Origin: Mesotaenium endlicherianum
Taxonomy: Eukaryota
Direction: 5' to 3'
Length of the DNA stretch: 64,000 bases
Assembly (NCBI GenBank): GCA_009602735.1
Contig: WELA01003208.1
Coordinates: 265,230 to 329,229, forward strand
Under the pieces are notes generated by a model that saw only the letters and a program-made list of their open reading frames with translations, searched no databases and was not told the DNA's origin. The stretch's first letter is position 1; each line of letters begins with the position of its first letter. Below are positions 38,342 to 60,197 of the stretch, piece after piece. Made by a program: the position numbers and the translations under genes.

Positions 38342-41300
38342 TCGCATTGTGCAAATTAAAGCACTCATATATGAATGCTTAACGCATTTGCTTGTAAATG
38401 CAAAAATAATTTCTTTTTCGTACACAAATGAAAAAAGGACAATACCAACAATCATTTGTAAATGCCTCTACAACATGTCTTCCACCCGACGCACCACAAC
38501 CGTGCGAATAATTATGTTCTTACAGTTTTATATTGTCGTAAAAATTTCAAATAATTTCTTATAAATTCTTATAATTTTGAAGTTCAATTTTATTTTACAC
38601 AAACAAGATGTTATTAAAAAATCAAAAATTTCAAAGTAATATGTTAAATATTCTACATAATTTTTGCATTTATACATTCACAATACGTTACACATATGAT
38701 ATTTGACACATGTATGCAAGTTAAACTTGATAATTATTATAAAATATATTTATTAATAACTACTTAATAACTATTTCAAGCAAATACAAAATATCTATGA
38801 CAATATTGACACAATTGGTCATGTTATTCCAATAACTAGAAATGTTAGTAAATTAAGGTTATAATGTTATTTATTAAAATGTAATATTACGACTAATTTA
38901 ACGTTTACATAAATTAATATTTAAGTTGTAATCAATCCAACAAAAATGTATTTAAAATGTAAACTAATAGATTGTTGTGCAATTTATTATATAATTTTAC
39001 GTATTTTTTTTATTTTTTTAAAAGAATTCTTGATTCAAAAATTTTATGATAAAAACTTATTATTATTGCACAAGCACTTAAAAGCAACTGTAAACTTGCA
39101 AATATTGGTTAACGTGTCTAACAATTGGCAAAGACAACATTTAGTATGGTCTACAATTGATATTTCCATATCCATTGCGAGCTTCTTTATGTTACTAATC
39201 CACGTAAATTGTTATTAAGTATGGCAAACGAAGTAACAAATCTTGCATGTGTTTTTAAATACTTATTACGGTGTCTCCATAACAAACGTTTTTCATTGAT
39301 TTTTTTGCAATGCAATTTCGTTGAAAAGTGTCTTGATTATTTTTCATATGGTCATATTTTATGAAAATAATAGATTTAAAATATGATTGTATACAAATCA
39401 CAAAATTATATTCACACTAATATTGATTATTTTGCGTCATGATACGCAACTAATTTTTATAATTAAATTTTTTTTATAAATTTCCTGTATTAATTATTTA
39501 AAATTAAATAATTATTTTACAGCGTTAATTTAAATTTTTCAAAATTGATATAATAATAGAAACATAATTCAGAATTCCTAACACTGCATGTTCGTTAATT
39601 ACATTTAACACTACATTTTGTCTATTTTTGAAGATTGTTTTTTGCATACCGCATTTCTTTTTATTGTTGTTTTTCATACTATGTGAAGGAACAAAATTTA
39701 TATTGACAAATATTCACTTGAAAAAATGTATCATGAAAAACGGTTGTTTTTTTTGAATTTTCATAATATGTGAAGGAACAAATTTTATATTGACAAACAT
39801 CCACTTGGAATAATGAATCTTGAATAAGAGTTCTTTTTGGAATATGTATATTTATTTTCAAGTAATTGAAAGTTGGAATAATATATCTTGAAAAACAGTG
39901 GTTTTTTTTGAAATATGTAATTTTAATTTGAAGTTATTGAAAATTTGTTATATGTTTCATTTATGATAATATAATCAAATTTAATATTGATGATTTGTGA
40001 AATGCGTAATTGTATTTTTAAATATTTACAATTTTATAACTTGTTATATTTCAAATTTTATCTAGTTTAATGTAAAAGATGTTCATGAATTATCAGTACA
40101 AGAACGAATCATAACATATGACTCCATCATGTTAATTATCACATTTAGCAAACATCAAAAGCTACAAGCAAAAAAAGTTTTGTAACACACGTGAAAATTT
40201 TCATTTTGTCATACCATCGTTTGATTTTTTCGTTAATGTAAGTAATAAGACAAACTAATAAAATTATTTTAACATCCATATTGATATTGTGATTTTTATT
40301 CAAGTAATGAAGTAACAATAGTAAATTACTTTTTTTAAAGCACATCTTACATGTTATTGATCAAATTATATATGATTTTATTTACGAACAAAAGTTTCAT
40401 GATGTAAAAATGGTTTATTTTAACCTTTAGACGATCGTTGGTTTTCTCATTAAAGTAAAAGTACTTATGAATTGGCACAAAATACAAAATATGATGTGCA
40501 GTTTATCATTTTATATAATTTAGCTACAATACTTGATATATTTATTTAAAAATAATTATATAAAAATACATATTCATTAACACATGTAAAATAATATTTA
40601 TTACAAGATTCATATAAATAATGCATATATAATATTTTGAATAAATTTCCCAATTAACAAATTTTATTTAATAATAATTGATGTTGTACACATAATTAAT
40701 TTAATTTTAATACAATTATTTCATGATTTGTGTTGAATAGTTACATATATATGTAAGTTTTTCACGCTAGTATATTAAAAGTCAAGAACAAAATTTGGAC
40801 GAATTTAAATAAATAGACGTTAAGCAATATTTGCAATAAAATTTGAAAGGAAAGTGATAAAATGGAAGTATAGTTTTCAACGAGATAAAGACAAAACAAA
40901 AATTGTCACTGCAAAAATGTGTTCATGAAGAGTGTGAGTCGTATTTTTGAAAAGGTCCATATTGAGAAGAGGGAAAAAATTAAAATGCTAGACGACATTT
41001 ATAAACAGCGTATAGATCGTGACGTACAGATATGGTGAAGTAAATCTTGCAAGTGAGCAACACACGTTTATACAAAATTAATGCACGGTACAAGAAATTA
41101 AAAAAAAAAATCGCAAATGAGTAGAGACGCGAAGAATGTAATGCCTATGTCTAAGAACGTTTTGACGAGTTCCAAAAAGGGAGTGTTGATATTTGCTTAA
41201 AAACTAGCAGCTGTTGCGCCGGCACGTTTGCTTCAAGGAATAGATAAATACAATCGGATATTTTCAGAAAAAAAAGTTTTTTGAAAGTTTTTATGCGTCA

Positions 41301-42225
41301 ACCCTTTTTTTTAATTCTCAATTTTCCTAACTTGTTGGTAATTTTGAATCATGTTTGAATATATATTTACTATAAGTGAAGTTTATATCATCATCGCATA
41401 AAGAATTAATTATTACAATTATAAAAGTTCACTTTATGAATTGTAATAGACACTACATAACAAATGTAAAATTATTGTTATCATGTGTAAATCATTCCAT
41501 TTCTATTTATAAGCAATAAAATCGCCTTTGTATCCAAATTCAAAAAATACAACTCTTGGTTGTTGTCAATTGCAAGCTAGACATCCAATATCTAATATTT
41601 ATGAAATTTTTTGTCAAATTGACTGTGTTGACCTCCTGAAAATTTCCTAAAATAATAATTGCAATTTGCAAAAGTGCCATATCACACATGAAGTCTCAAA
41701 TATCAGACCCTTTTTCTTGGTGGCTAATCTGTTCGTGCTTCGCTACTTCTCCAAGGCGGCTTTTGCCTCGGCTCTATTATCCGCTCTTTCATTTTTTACC
41801 TAATTTACTTCGTCGTCTCCCATCAAAATCATTAGCAAATGCAAGACAAAAACATGATCATAATTTGTTCAATAATATTTTTGCATTGTGCAAATTTATC
41901 AACACTCATATATAAGTAATTAACGCATTTGTTTGTAAATGCAAAAACAAGATTTCTTACGTAATACATGAAAAAAAGACAAAACTAACGATCTTTTGTA
42001 AATGTCTCTTACAACATGTCTTCCATTTGACGCACCACAATTGTACAAATAATTATGTTCTTACAGTTTCATATTGACGTAAAATTATCAAAGTACTTAT
42101 TGTGAATTTTTAAAATTCTGAAGTTATTATTTAATATGCACAAACAAAATGTTAATAAAAGTTTGAAAATATAAAGAATAATATGTCAGATACTATAGAA
42201 TAAATGTTATATTTATACATTTATA
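38342..42225 (+). repeat. Diverged about 340-bp direct repeats at about 38342-38690 and 41880-42225
   Basis: gcattgtgcaaatt...taacgcatttg...tacaacatgtcttcca...gacgcaccacaa...aataattatgttcttacagttt occurs in both. Confidence 0.8.
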
Positions 42226-43898
42226 ATAAAAAATTGAAAAATTAATGATCACAAGAATGTGTTTGTTATCTTTGCAATAAGTATCAAACTGTATCGACCA
42301 TAAAGGAAATCAAAAAAATTCAGGGAATAATTGCAAAATGCAACAATTATTTTAGGAAATACGTGAGACGTTTGAAATGATAACTCAAAAAAAATGGGAA
42401 AAAGAGAAATATAAGATATTTCATATAATATACAGATAAAGTGAAAATATGTTAGATAAAAAACACGTTGAAAATGAATCAAAAAATGAACAATGGTGAA
42501 AATAGTCACTTTATATTGCGTGTATGATTGAATAGTGGTGCACTTTTGTTAGTGAATACAATCTCTTTCAAATATTAAAAAATTGATTTGATGATTTTGA
42601 CGTGTCTATACCACGCTACGACCATTTTTAATGTTAAAAAAACGGTGGTTAATTGCCCCAAATAACAACAAAAAACAACAAAAAACTTCAAACTGTTATT
42701 TTACTTTTTTATGTTATTGGTTGCAATATGCTATATATCATTTTTGTGTGAAAATTAATGGTGTATATATATGTATATATATCTTATAATTCAATAAATA
42801 TATTTTTCTAAAATATATTCAAAAAACTAAATAATTCAAAGATCAAAGAACTCATCATTTTGATTGTTGATCATCCATCATTATCAATCGTATAATTTTT
42901 GAATTTGTATTATTTTTTGAATTATACATATAATTCAAATTTAAAAATAAATATAATCTTTAAATATCTCAATATGTTATTGTTTGCTATTCGCAAAAAA
43001 TTATATTTTCTTTGTGTTTGCAGTTTTTGTTATAATTTGCACAAATCTGCAAATTACTCTATTTAAAAATCATAACATTCTTTTACATGATGATGTTTTT
43101 TTAATTAAATAAATAAATCAAATTTACATTCAAATAATTTAAAATATTTTAATTTGAAGTGATTGCAATCTATAAATAAATTGAAGGTAAACGAAATAAA
43201 TATATTTTATAAAATAAAAAATATAAACAGCATGCAACACCGTAAATTTCATATTTGTAATTATGAAATTACATATTAGCATTCTAATTAACCACAACAA
43301 AAAAATTGCAAAAACATAAAGAAAGAGAAAAAGAAGGAGAAAAAGAAGACGTCACAGTATCGTTTTACATAGATGATGATTTGTACCCGTCTTTTCAAAA
43401 AAGTAAAATTATAGAACATGTAATTTTTGTTGCTCAGATGATGATTTGTACCCGTCCATTATAAGAGGTAAAATTGTAAATTATGTAATCTTTATGAGCA
43501 ACATTTTGAAAAAGTTAAACTTCAAATAAATTTTGAATCTGATAAGTTCTCTAACGTCAATCTGAATAATTGGTAGATATTATATCTCAATTTTATAGTT
43601 GGCCATTGTAAGAGAAGCGCAATGGCACAAAAAGAAAAAATAAAGAGGAGACTAGGAGGGTGGTCACAAGTCATCTAATTGTTATTTTCATCACAAAAAT
43701 ACATTTTTTATTTGTTTTTGATGAAATTAATGATAATCATTATTTATATTTAATACCAAGAAATTATCCCAATTTGAATGTATGATCCACTAATGAAGAA
43801 AAAGAAAAAAAAGGTTCAACGCATAAGTGAAGTGGACGTAATTATTACTAAAATATTTTGTTTGTAATGATATTTACATATGATTCAACGCTTAAGTA

Positions 43899-45013
43899 AA
43901 GTAAACGTAATGAGAATATTATGTAATTTTTTTATGATTTTTATAAGTAATTTATATTTGTATTTCATAAAATAAATTATTTGTGTAATCACGCAAGTGA
44001 ATTTACACATCTGCATTTGCCATAATAGCCGCGGGTTGCAAGACCTGCAACTTATTGTAACATTTCAAAAACATCTTTAGTCTAAAAACAAAAAACAACA
44101 ATGGAACTACTGCAAAATCTCAATTGATCGTTTTGTGTGAAAGCGCGTGTGTGTCCTTACATATATGTGTGCATGTCAAGTCAACGTAATGAGAATATTA
44201 CGTAATTTGTTATGATTTTTATAAGTAATTTATATTTGTACTTTATAAAACAAATTATTTATGTAATCACGCAAGTGAATTTACACATCTGCATCTGCCA
44301 TAATAGCCGCGGGTTGCAAGACCTGCAACTTATTGTAACATTTCAAAAACATCTTTAGTCTAAAAACAAAAAAACAACAATGGAACTACTGCAAAATCTC
44401 AATTGATCGTTTTGTGTGAAAGCGCGTGTGTGTCCTTACATATATGTGTGCATGTCAAGTCAACGTAATGAGAATATTACGTAATTTGTTATGATTTTTA
44501 TAAGTAATTTATATTTGTACTTTATAAAACAAATTATTTATGTAATCACGCAAGTGAATTTACACATCTGCATCTGCCATAATAGCCGCGGGTTGCAAGA
44601 CCTGCAACTTATTGTAACATTTCAAAAACATCTTTAGTCTAAAAACAAAAAAACAACAATGGAACTACTGCAAAATCTCAATTGATCGTTTTGTGTGAAA
44701 GCGCGTGTGTGTCCTTACATATATGTGTGCATGTTAAGTCAACGTAATGAGAATATTACGTAATTTGTTATGATTTTTATAAGTAATTTATATTTGTACT
44801 TTATAAAACAAATTATTTATGTAATCACGCAAGTGAATTTACACATCTGCATCTGCCATAATAGCCGCGGGTTGCAAGACCTGCAACTTATTGTAACATT
44901 TCAAAAACATCTTTAGTCTAAAAACAAAAAAACAACAATGGAACTACTGCAAAATCTCAATTGATCGTTTTGTGTGAAAGCGCGTGTGTGTCCTTACATA
45001 TATGTGTGCATGT
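43899..45013 (+). repeat. Tandem array, 4 x 279 bp, near-identical
   Basis: The anchor aacgtaatgagaatatta recurs at about 43904, 44183, 44462 and 44741. Copies 2-4 are almost identical. Confidence 0.95.
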
Positions 45014-45333
45014 TTGTGTATTTCAAAAATCTGTAACATGTCATATTTAAATGCTAAACTGTATAAAAATTCATATTTACACTATATTAACGTATCTATT
45101 TATCAAAAAACAAATATGATTTATTTCTCTTGTTGCATTTTGTCGTGGTGTAAAAACTTCTTGTTCCATTTTGTTGTGGTGTGAAAGATGTCACCTGCCA
45201 CTTTTTGGTGTAATGAATCTTTCATTATCTTTATATTTGTGTGTGTCTAACTAAGAAAAAAGACACACATTATTTATATGTAACATGTCATAGTTATGTG
45301 CTTCACTGTAAAAAAAATTTCACCGTAATACTA

Positions 45334-46490
45334 GCATGCGAGCAGCGGGCAGGAAGCAAGATTTCAGAAACCTGTCGATTTCGACATATAGACCAAGGGG
45401 CGTGGAGTAATTGGCTTGCACCAACTTGTTCATCTTGACAACACCATGCAAGCAATCGGCAGGCGGGCAGGCAACAAGCCTGCAACGTTGTACCTGTCCT
45501 AACGATCACATACCTGACATTAACATGCAAAGGGCAAGTAGGCAGCAGGCCTGCAATAGCCTGCTTGCCCCAATAATAACATGCGAGTAGCGGGTAGGTA
45601 GCAGAGTTGCAGTAGCGTGTCCGTTCCGACACATAGAACAAAAAATGGAAAGTAACAGACTTGCAGCACCGTACTTGTCTCAACAACATCATCTAAGCAG
45701 CAGGCAGGCGAGCGGCAATTGGCCTGCAGCATTGTGCCCGCCTCGACACTCATAAGCAAAAGTCAAGCAAGTAATAGAATTGCAAAAGTATACCTGCTTC
45801 CACGCATAGACTAAGTGGCCGTCAGGCAGCGGGCCCGTTGCATTTTGCCGCCTCGACACAAACATGGAAGCAACGAGCAGGCACCAGGCCCATAGCAGCT
45901 TGCTTGTCCCAACACTACCATGTAAGAGGAGGGTAGGCGACATGCCAGCATTCGCGTGCCCATAGTCCGCCTGCAGGCAACAATCCAACACAAGTTTGCA
46001 AGGGGCAGGCATGCAGCGGACAGGTATCCTCCTGCCCACCCACACACTGCCCGTTCCAAAAATAAGCATGCAAGCAACAGGTTGGCAAGCAACAGGCCTA
46101 CATCCACCTGCCCACCCCGACACAACCATGCAAGAGACGACTCTGTTGTTTGCCCGGCCGTTCCAACGTAGGGATCAAGGTGCCGGCTGGCAACAGGCCT
46201 GCAGCAACCTGTTTTCCCTAACAACAATTTGCATGGGGCAGGCAGGCAGCAACTTTGCATTCGTCTTCCCACCTTGACACTATCATGCAAGAGACGGGCA
46301 AGCAGCAGAGCTGCAACAACCTACCCTCCGCCTGCATGCAGCAGGTTTGCAACAGCCTGCCCATCCCAACACTCGTATGTAAGGGGCGGACAGGTGGGCA
46401 AGTAGCAGATCAACAACAGCTTGCCCGTCCCAAAATATAAACCAAGGGGCAGGCCTGCCCGACAGCACTTGTTGCATGCAGCCTCAAAAA
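45334..46490 (+). repeat. Degenerate about 56-bp minisatellite, about 20 units, with an internal GCAGGC/GCCTGC dyad
   Basis: CAT-initiated units spaced about 53-62 bp (45524, 45580, 45633, 45690, 45752, 45806, 45863, 45919...). Consensus approx CATGCAAGnGGCAGGCAGGCAGCAGGCCTGCAGCAGCCTGCCTGTCCCAACACnA. Confidence 0.75.
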
Positions 46491-48449
46491 GCACATGCAA
46501 TCTCAAGTCTAAACAAAATGGGCTGCCAGATGCCTGCTCAATAGCGTCCGAGCACACGTTGCCGACAGCCCAAAGACAAGGCGCTGCAAATTGCACGCAC
46601 TAAACACGTAGTAAAAGATAATAAGCACACACAAATCAAATAAACAACCAATAATTAAAAATACGCATAGACAAGGGGAAGGTAACAAGAAGGGGTGGGG
46701 GGGAGGGGGCAGTTTAATTACTGGGAGGGACGGTGGTATGGTATGGCAATTGTCGTCCTCTTAGTCCTTCATTCTTGTGACCATTAGATCACGCAACTTC
46801 AATAATGTTCCACAATGCATTTTCTACACACACCCAAACTTTCCATCTAAATAGTGTCATAAACTACTCCATCCACAACCAAATTGCACATTCTACCTTT
46901 TTGAAAGAGCATCTACTTTCCCATCTGGACTTTTTACCAGCTCCTTTTTTGATTATTTACTTCTTGTTTTTCTTTCTCTTTTCCCTTTTCTTTTCTACAA
47001 GTGCTACACTGGGTGTGGCCCTTAGTTTTCAAACGTCATCCAAAATTAGAAAAGAATGAGTTATTGTAGATCAAATGCCAGACCCTAGCATTACCCGTTG
47101 CTGAAATATTCAACTCTATCCTGTTTGTCATTAACACCATCCTTCTTGGCGACTAAAATTGCAACAGCAAAATTCTTTGAAAAACGGGCTACAAAATATT
47201 CTCTAGTAATCAATATTTTCCTTGATATGGATTTGAAGATCTTTGTCTTTGCCCAAATTCAACCTTAGCCTCTTTCTTCGTAGATATTTTTTTGGCTCTA
47301 ATCTCTTTCAACCTTAGGCCACAGACAGAACATATATATCTGCTTGTATACAAATTATTGTCTTACAACTTACACAAGATCCCATGAGTGACTTTTGTTG
47401 TGGAGATACATGACCTTGTCTTTCTCTTGTTGCTGGCGTCATAACGGGTGAAAATGATAGGGTTAAGGGGTCCTTGCCGTTTGTAAAAGTTTCCCCATTA
47501 AGTACAAATACGCCAGCTGACAATGCAGCAAGAGGAGTCAAGCTTGCAATGCCGTCCTACACGAACCACATGCAAAAAATAGTGTTGCTTTAAACACAAA
47601 TGGACATCAAACAATTGCACATTGATGAACATAAATACAAGAATGCAAGAATCATGGAAGTATCTTGGAAGTGACAAATAATTTATGATGTCCTTAGTGG
47701 AGTACCACCCGTGGTACGTGATTAAGAACTTGGAGATTTTAAAGATTCATCAAGTTACCCCATTTCTTTAAAGCTTCCTACAGTAAAAATAGCATCATCG
47801 AAGTCAAACTTGCAAGAATCTTGTAAGTGTCTAAGGTGAAAAAAAGCTTACCATGTCTTTAGTGCTACATTCAACCCGTGGTACACGGTTAAGAACTCGA
47901 AGATGTTGGATTTTTTGAGCTAGCCCATGTTTGAAGCATCTTGAAGCGAAAAGATTATTATCGAAGTCAAAATCCCACGTGCTACTTCGTTCCAATACTT
48001 GGACTCATTGTCAAAATTGCACTGCTTCCTTGCCTTTTATCCTGTAATGACTATTCGATGGATGGTCTTGAACAACTCAATCTTCTGCGTTTCAAATGAC
48101 TTAACTTAAAGGTGGAAGAACCTTTGTCTGCTTCTCAACGAGCCAAAAGCAAGTAAAAGTTTCAAATATAGAATGCTCATTTTTCATCATGAGTTATCAG
48201 CCATTGTGTGAGTCTAACCCATGAGGGGCAGTTGCATAATAGGTTCAAAAATTTGGTCATGCTATAAAAACGCTCAAAACTGGTGGCATTACAGCACCAA
48301 ATGAGCGAGAGAATACTAGCAAGCAACAAATCCCCTAAAGACACATGATGGCGTAAAATGAAATTATTGGGGGGATTATAAACATCTAATCTTCATAGTC
48401 TAGATTGCTCACGCTTCTTGACAGATGGTGATTGCTCATGTCAGTAAAG

Positions 48450-50550
48450 GTGATCAGACATTGAATTACGTAGTTTTTCTCACGCCACACATTTCACCTA
48501 CCACAATTTGCAATCTGTCAACATATTACAAAATTTGTTTGGTATTTATTGGAGCCATGTGCCATTAAGTACACATTTTGCAAGATTGTATTTGGCTGAG
48601 TGTGCCCAAAGCATCCAATGTCTGTTCTTGGGAAGAATGGGCCAAAAAAGTAGTCCATATTTGGCTACACGTGTTGATCAAGACCAATTGTATGTCTCCT
48701 TAATAAGCAATACAAATCAATCTTGGTCATACTATCATTGAAAAGTTGTACTTGAATTGTACTAGTATAGCTCAATGCGTTCCAATGACATGGTTCGATT
48801 GTGACTTGTTTGCATTATCGACTTCGTCATATGAGCGCCCTTACCAAGTTGTGGAGCTCGTGCTCTATCTAATATGTGCCTTCTTATGTCTTATAAAGAT
48901 GTATTAGGGTGGCCGAGTGGGTTTAAGATGCTATGCTACATCTTGCTTGATGACAGAAGTTGCCGCTCCTGGACAGGCCTTAACACCAACGCCAACATCC
49001 AAGCCCTCATGTCTAGATAAGTTTTGAGGTGGTCTAAGAAAAAGTGAATGGACGCATGATGGTTTCTTATCCACTACAATAAAGATTGAACCAGGTGCCG
49101 GACGTGTTGTCTTGTCAAAAGCATTTTGCCAAGAAGACGAAGTTACGCACATGGAGCAACTCGTTTGACGTCGTTCAACCAGCGTCCGACCACTTCACCC
49201 ACAGTTAACCAAGGTCGGTAACAAAATTGCCATGCGTTAGACACATGGTGAGCTCCACATGATTGACGGTGCGCGGGCCAAGTTTTTATATTTTGACCCC
49301 GATGTCAAGCAAATGACTATTTAAGTACCCTTTTACCCTCTTCCTGTATCAATTTTACGCACACTTTCAACTTTGCCGTCCTCTTCCCTCAATAATTAAA
49401 TTGTATAGAGAGCTTAGAGCATACTATTCTCCTTATACTTTGAGTGTGCTCATTCAAACCAACTGTGAATATATGGATCGGGTAGAATAGTTGTGGACTT
49501 TGGAATCTGAAGCTTACAACGGGTCATGGTTCGCTGAGGGGATTTGGCTCCCAAGGTCAAGGATGTGTGGAGTGATTGGTGTGAAGAAGGGCCAATCCTC
49601 CACTTTGACAAGGGAGACACACTTTAGCCGTTGATCAACTCATGAGTTTCATCATCTTTTGACAATTAAGTGGTAGTCACTCATGCTCTTGAATCAGTTC
49701 CCAAAAGAAGGCCAAAGAGAACTTGCTTGAGTCATTTTTTGCTTGCTTGTTGCGGGGATGACTTGATATGGATTGTGGTCCTAGGAGAACGTTGGCCAAA
49801 CACTAAGTTGCCTCTCAATTTTTTTGAGAGAGGAGGCATTTCTTTGTCGGATCTTTCGGCCACGTCTTGAGAATCCATCTTTATGATGATGTTGTTGGCC
49901 GTAGAACTGCTAGTACAAAAGCTTGTCCTTCTCGATGTGTGATTGTACTTTCAAATATTTTGCTAACGAAGGTGTCTAGCCATGCATACGCAAAGGAAAT
50001 AAAGGAGAGAATGTTGGTACATATCCACCAGTGTTATGGTCGCGTACAACTAAGAAAATAACAATGTGGGAGGAAAGGACTCGACGCATAAACAAAAGTG
50101 TCAATAAATATTCCTTCATTATCGGCTATGTATGCAAATTTTGTGAGATGACTAATATAGTCTCTTCATTGTCGACTTGTCTGGATAATGGCTAATCAAA
50201 TTTTTTTCCGTGGGATATTAGCAAGGAATACTTGATGGATTTGTTCTCAAATATCTAGTGCAATGGTGAGGATTCTAAGAAAGAATATCTAAGTCCTGAT
50301 GCAACGAGAAAATATGTTCTATGCTATGACTATATTGGTCATACCTGTATGAATTAAGATAATCCATGTGTGTACCTAACGTCAATTCAGAGTGGACCCC
50401 AACTCTAGTTCCAACGAGTGCGAACGAGCCCACATGCAGGGTGCCGGGCCGTAAATGCCAACTAAACTCCAATGAAGTTTTAATTATCAGTCTGAGATCT
50501 TGAGCAAATTGCATGAATATGAGAACGGGCATTTTATGCCCATTTCTTCC
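48450..50550 (-). pseudogene. Highly decayed non-LTR (L1/Tx1-like) ORF2 remnant
   Basis: Minus-strand AKVCLPCQSGGLA at about 49590-49628 resembles the L1 WxxVCLPKxxGGLG motif. Weaker RPGTL and IALDI traces lie upstream and EMCGVRKT (zf-RVT-like) downstream, in the expected order. Confidence 0.45.
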
Positions 50551-52318
50551 TCAATTGCTCTTTTTGCTATTCTTGGAAGAAAAGCTTTGTTCTTTTGATC
50601 TAATCTCTTTCTCCCTAGTCTCTATGTAAGTGGCAACCACGCATGCTATTACGGAAAGAGACAAGCAGAGTGTGCATAGATTTTTGAGTCGTCAAAGTTA
50701 CTGTCTATATTTCTTGTTCATTTGGCTCCTTGCTTAAATCCTATCTTTCCCACCAATGCTCATTTTCCTCCATAGAACTCGAAATTCAACAAAAAGCCAC
50801 TTTCAAGCAACAAAGGTAAGTACCAAACGTATATGGACCCTATAGCTAATCAACAACAATCAAGAAAATGCACGAAGGCTCGTCAATGTGTTGAAGGGCA
50901 AATCTAACAGCAAGGTAAAAGATGACAATCAGCAGATGAACAGTATGATGCAGTCAAGAATCTGCAAGTGCTTATTGCTCAAATCAAGACTGCTGTTGTC
51001 AAGAAATTTGCTAAAAGGCGTATGCACAATGGTAACATTTCATTAACCTGTTCCTCAGCCCTGCCTGCCTACTAGCAAAGGCACAAGCCCGATTTGAGTA
51101 ACTAATGGTGGTTATGATGGAGAAAAACACAAAGGTGGAGATTTTTTTGAGGAAGAACAAAGAGTAAAGAGTGCTTCTAAGAAGTATTGACCACGAGCAG
51201 CCTATCGGAGGTAAAACAGGTCCAAATGGCTTATTGCGAAGAACTGATAGAGGTTTTCTACAACATCAACGGGCGAATGACTCAAAGGATGCCAAAGAGG
51301 TTGACAAGTTTGGTGATGAATGTTTCAGTTCTGTCTTCTTGCAAATCTCAAATCATGATTTCTCACCAGCATTGCCGGCCCATTGTGAAAGAGGTTCTCA
51401 AAGAGCATACAAATAGAGAGATGCTAAGCATAGTGGTCTTTGCAAGTGCCAGTCGAAAGCAAATAAGGACATGCGCATTATTCAACTTCACTCATACATG
51501 TCGTACTGTGTGCTCTTTTGCTTCTCCAAGGAGTTGGCACGCCTTTTTCTTGTGATTTTTTTTTCCCCGGCCAATTCAAAGCTTCTGATAGTTTATCATG
51601 CCACATAAATTCGCATCTAGTGTCACTACAACGCCTTTGTCTATTTCTCCTGTTGACCCAGAGCAGCCATGGCTGCCTAGTTCCTTCCTGGGGCCGGGAC
51701 CAGGGACGTTAAATGCAAACGCTTGGCGGGAATGGCATCTTCATGAGGATGTTGGGAGTGTGTTGAGCATGGAAGGCCCCCTCGTAAGCATGGGCGCGTG
51801 CGCCAGATGGCAGATGGCGCCAGGTTCAGCAAGTCGAGTGACGAGCGCGCGCCAGGGGCCAGCCATCATGGGTGCATTTGAGGCGCTAGCAAGCCCCCCC
51901 AACGAGCATGAGCTTGCAACAAGCGCTAGGAGGCCCCTCACAAGCACGTGCCAGGTGTCGAACCCAGATTGGCCGCTTGCGGCCAGAGCTTGAGAAGTGC
52001 CCCATCAAGATCGCGGAACAGCGCAGAACAACAAAAAGAAGCCGAGGAATAACTTTGCGCTTTGTGCAACATTCTCAGACCCCATGTATAATTTATGCCA
52101 TCAAATTCTCTGCCCGTTTACAACATTGTCGTCGCCATCTTCAGGTCTTCCAATTTGCCCCTATTCTCGGATTGCAGGGGCAGGAGTCGGAGAGTCTAAC
52201 GCTGAGACTGGGGAACTTGGTGGGGGTTTCACCCCCAGGAAAATGGACAGACAAAGGAGAAACAACTACGTGAAAGAGAGAGAGGGGGGGGGGAGCGACA
52301 GGTGGAGCCAGCACGCAC

Positions 52319-60197
<7,879 letters not shown>

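Noticed and set aside
41200..41232. Possible Helitron 3' end on the minus strand (weak GC stem then CTAGT)
   Set aside because: The hairpin is poor, and no matching 5' end or RepHel sequence was found.
51187..51993. Plus-strand ORFs of 122 and 131 aa
   Set aside because: No recognisable motifs or consistent splice structure. They lie between a decayed retroelement and the 3' end of the EMF2-like gene.
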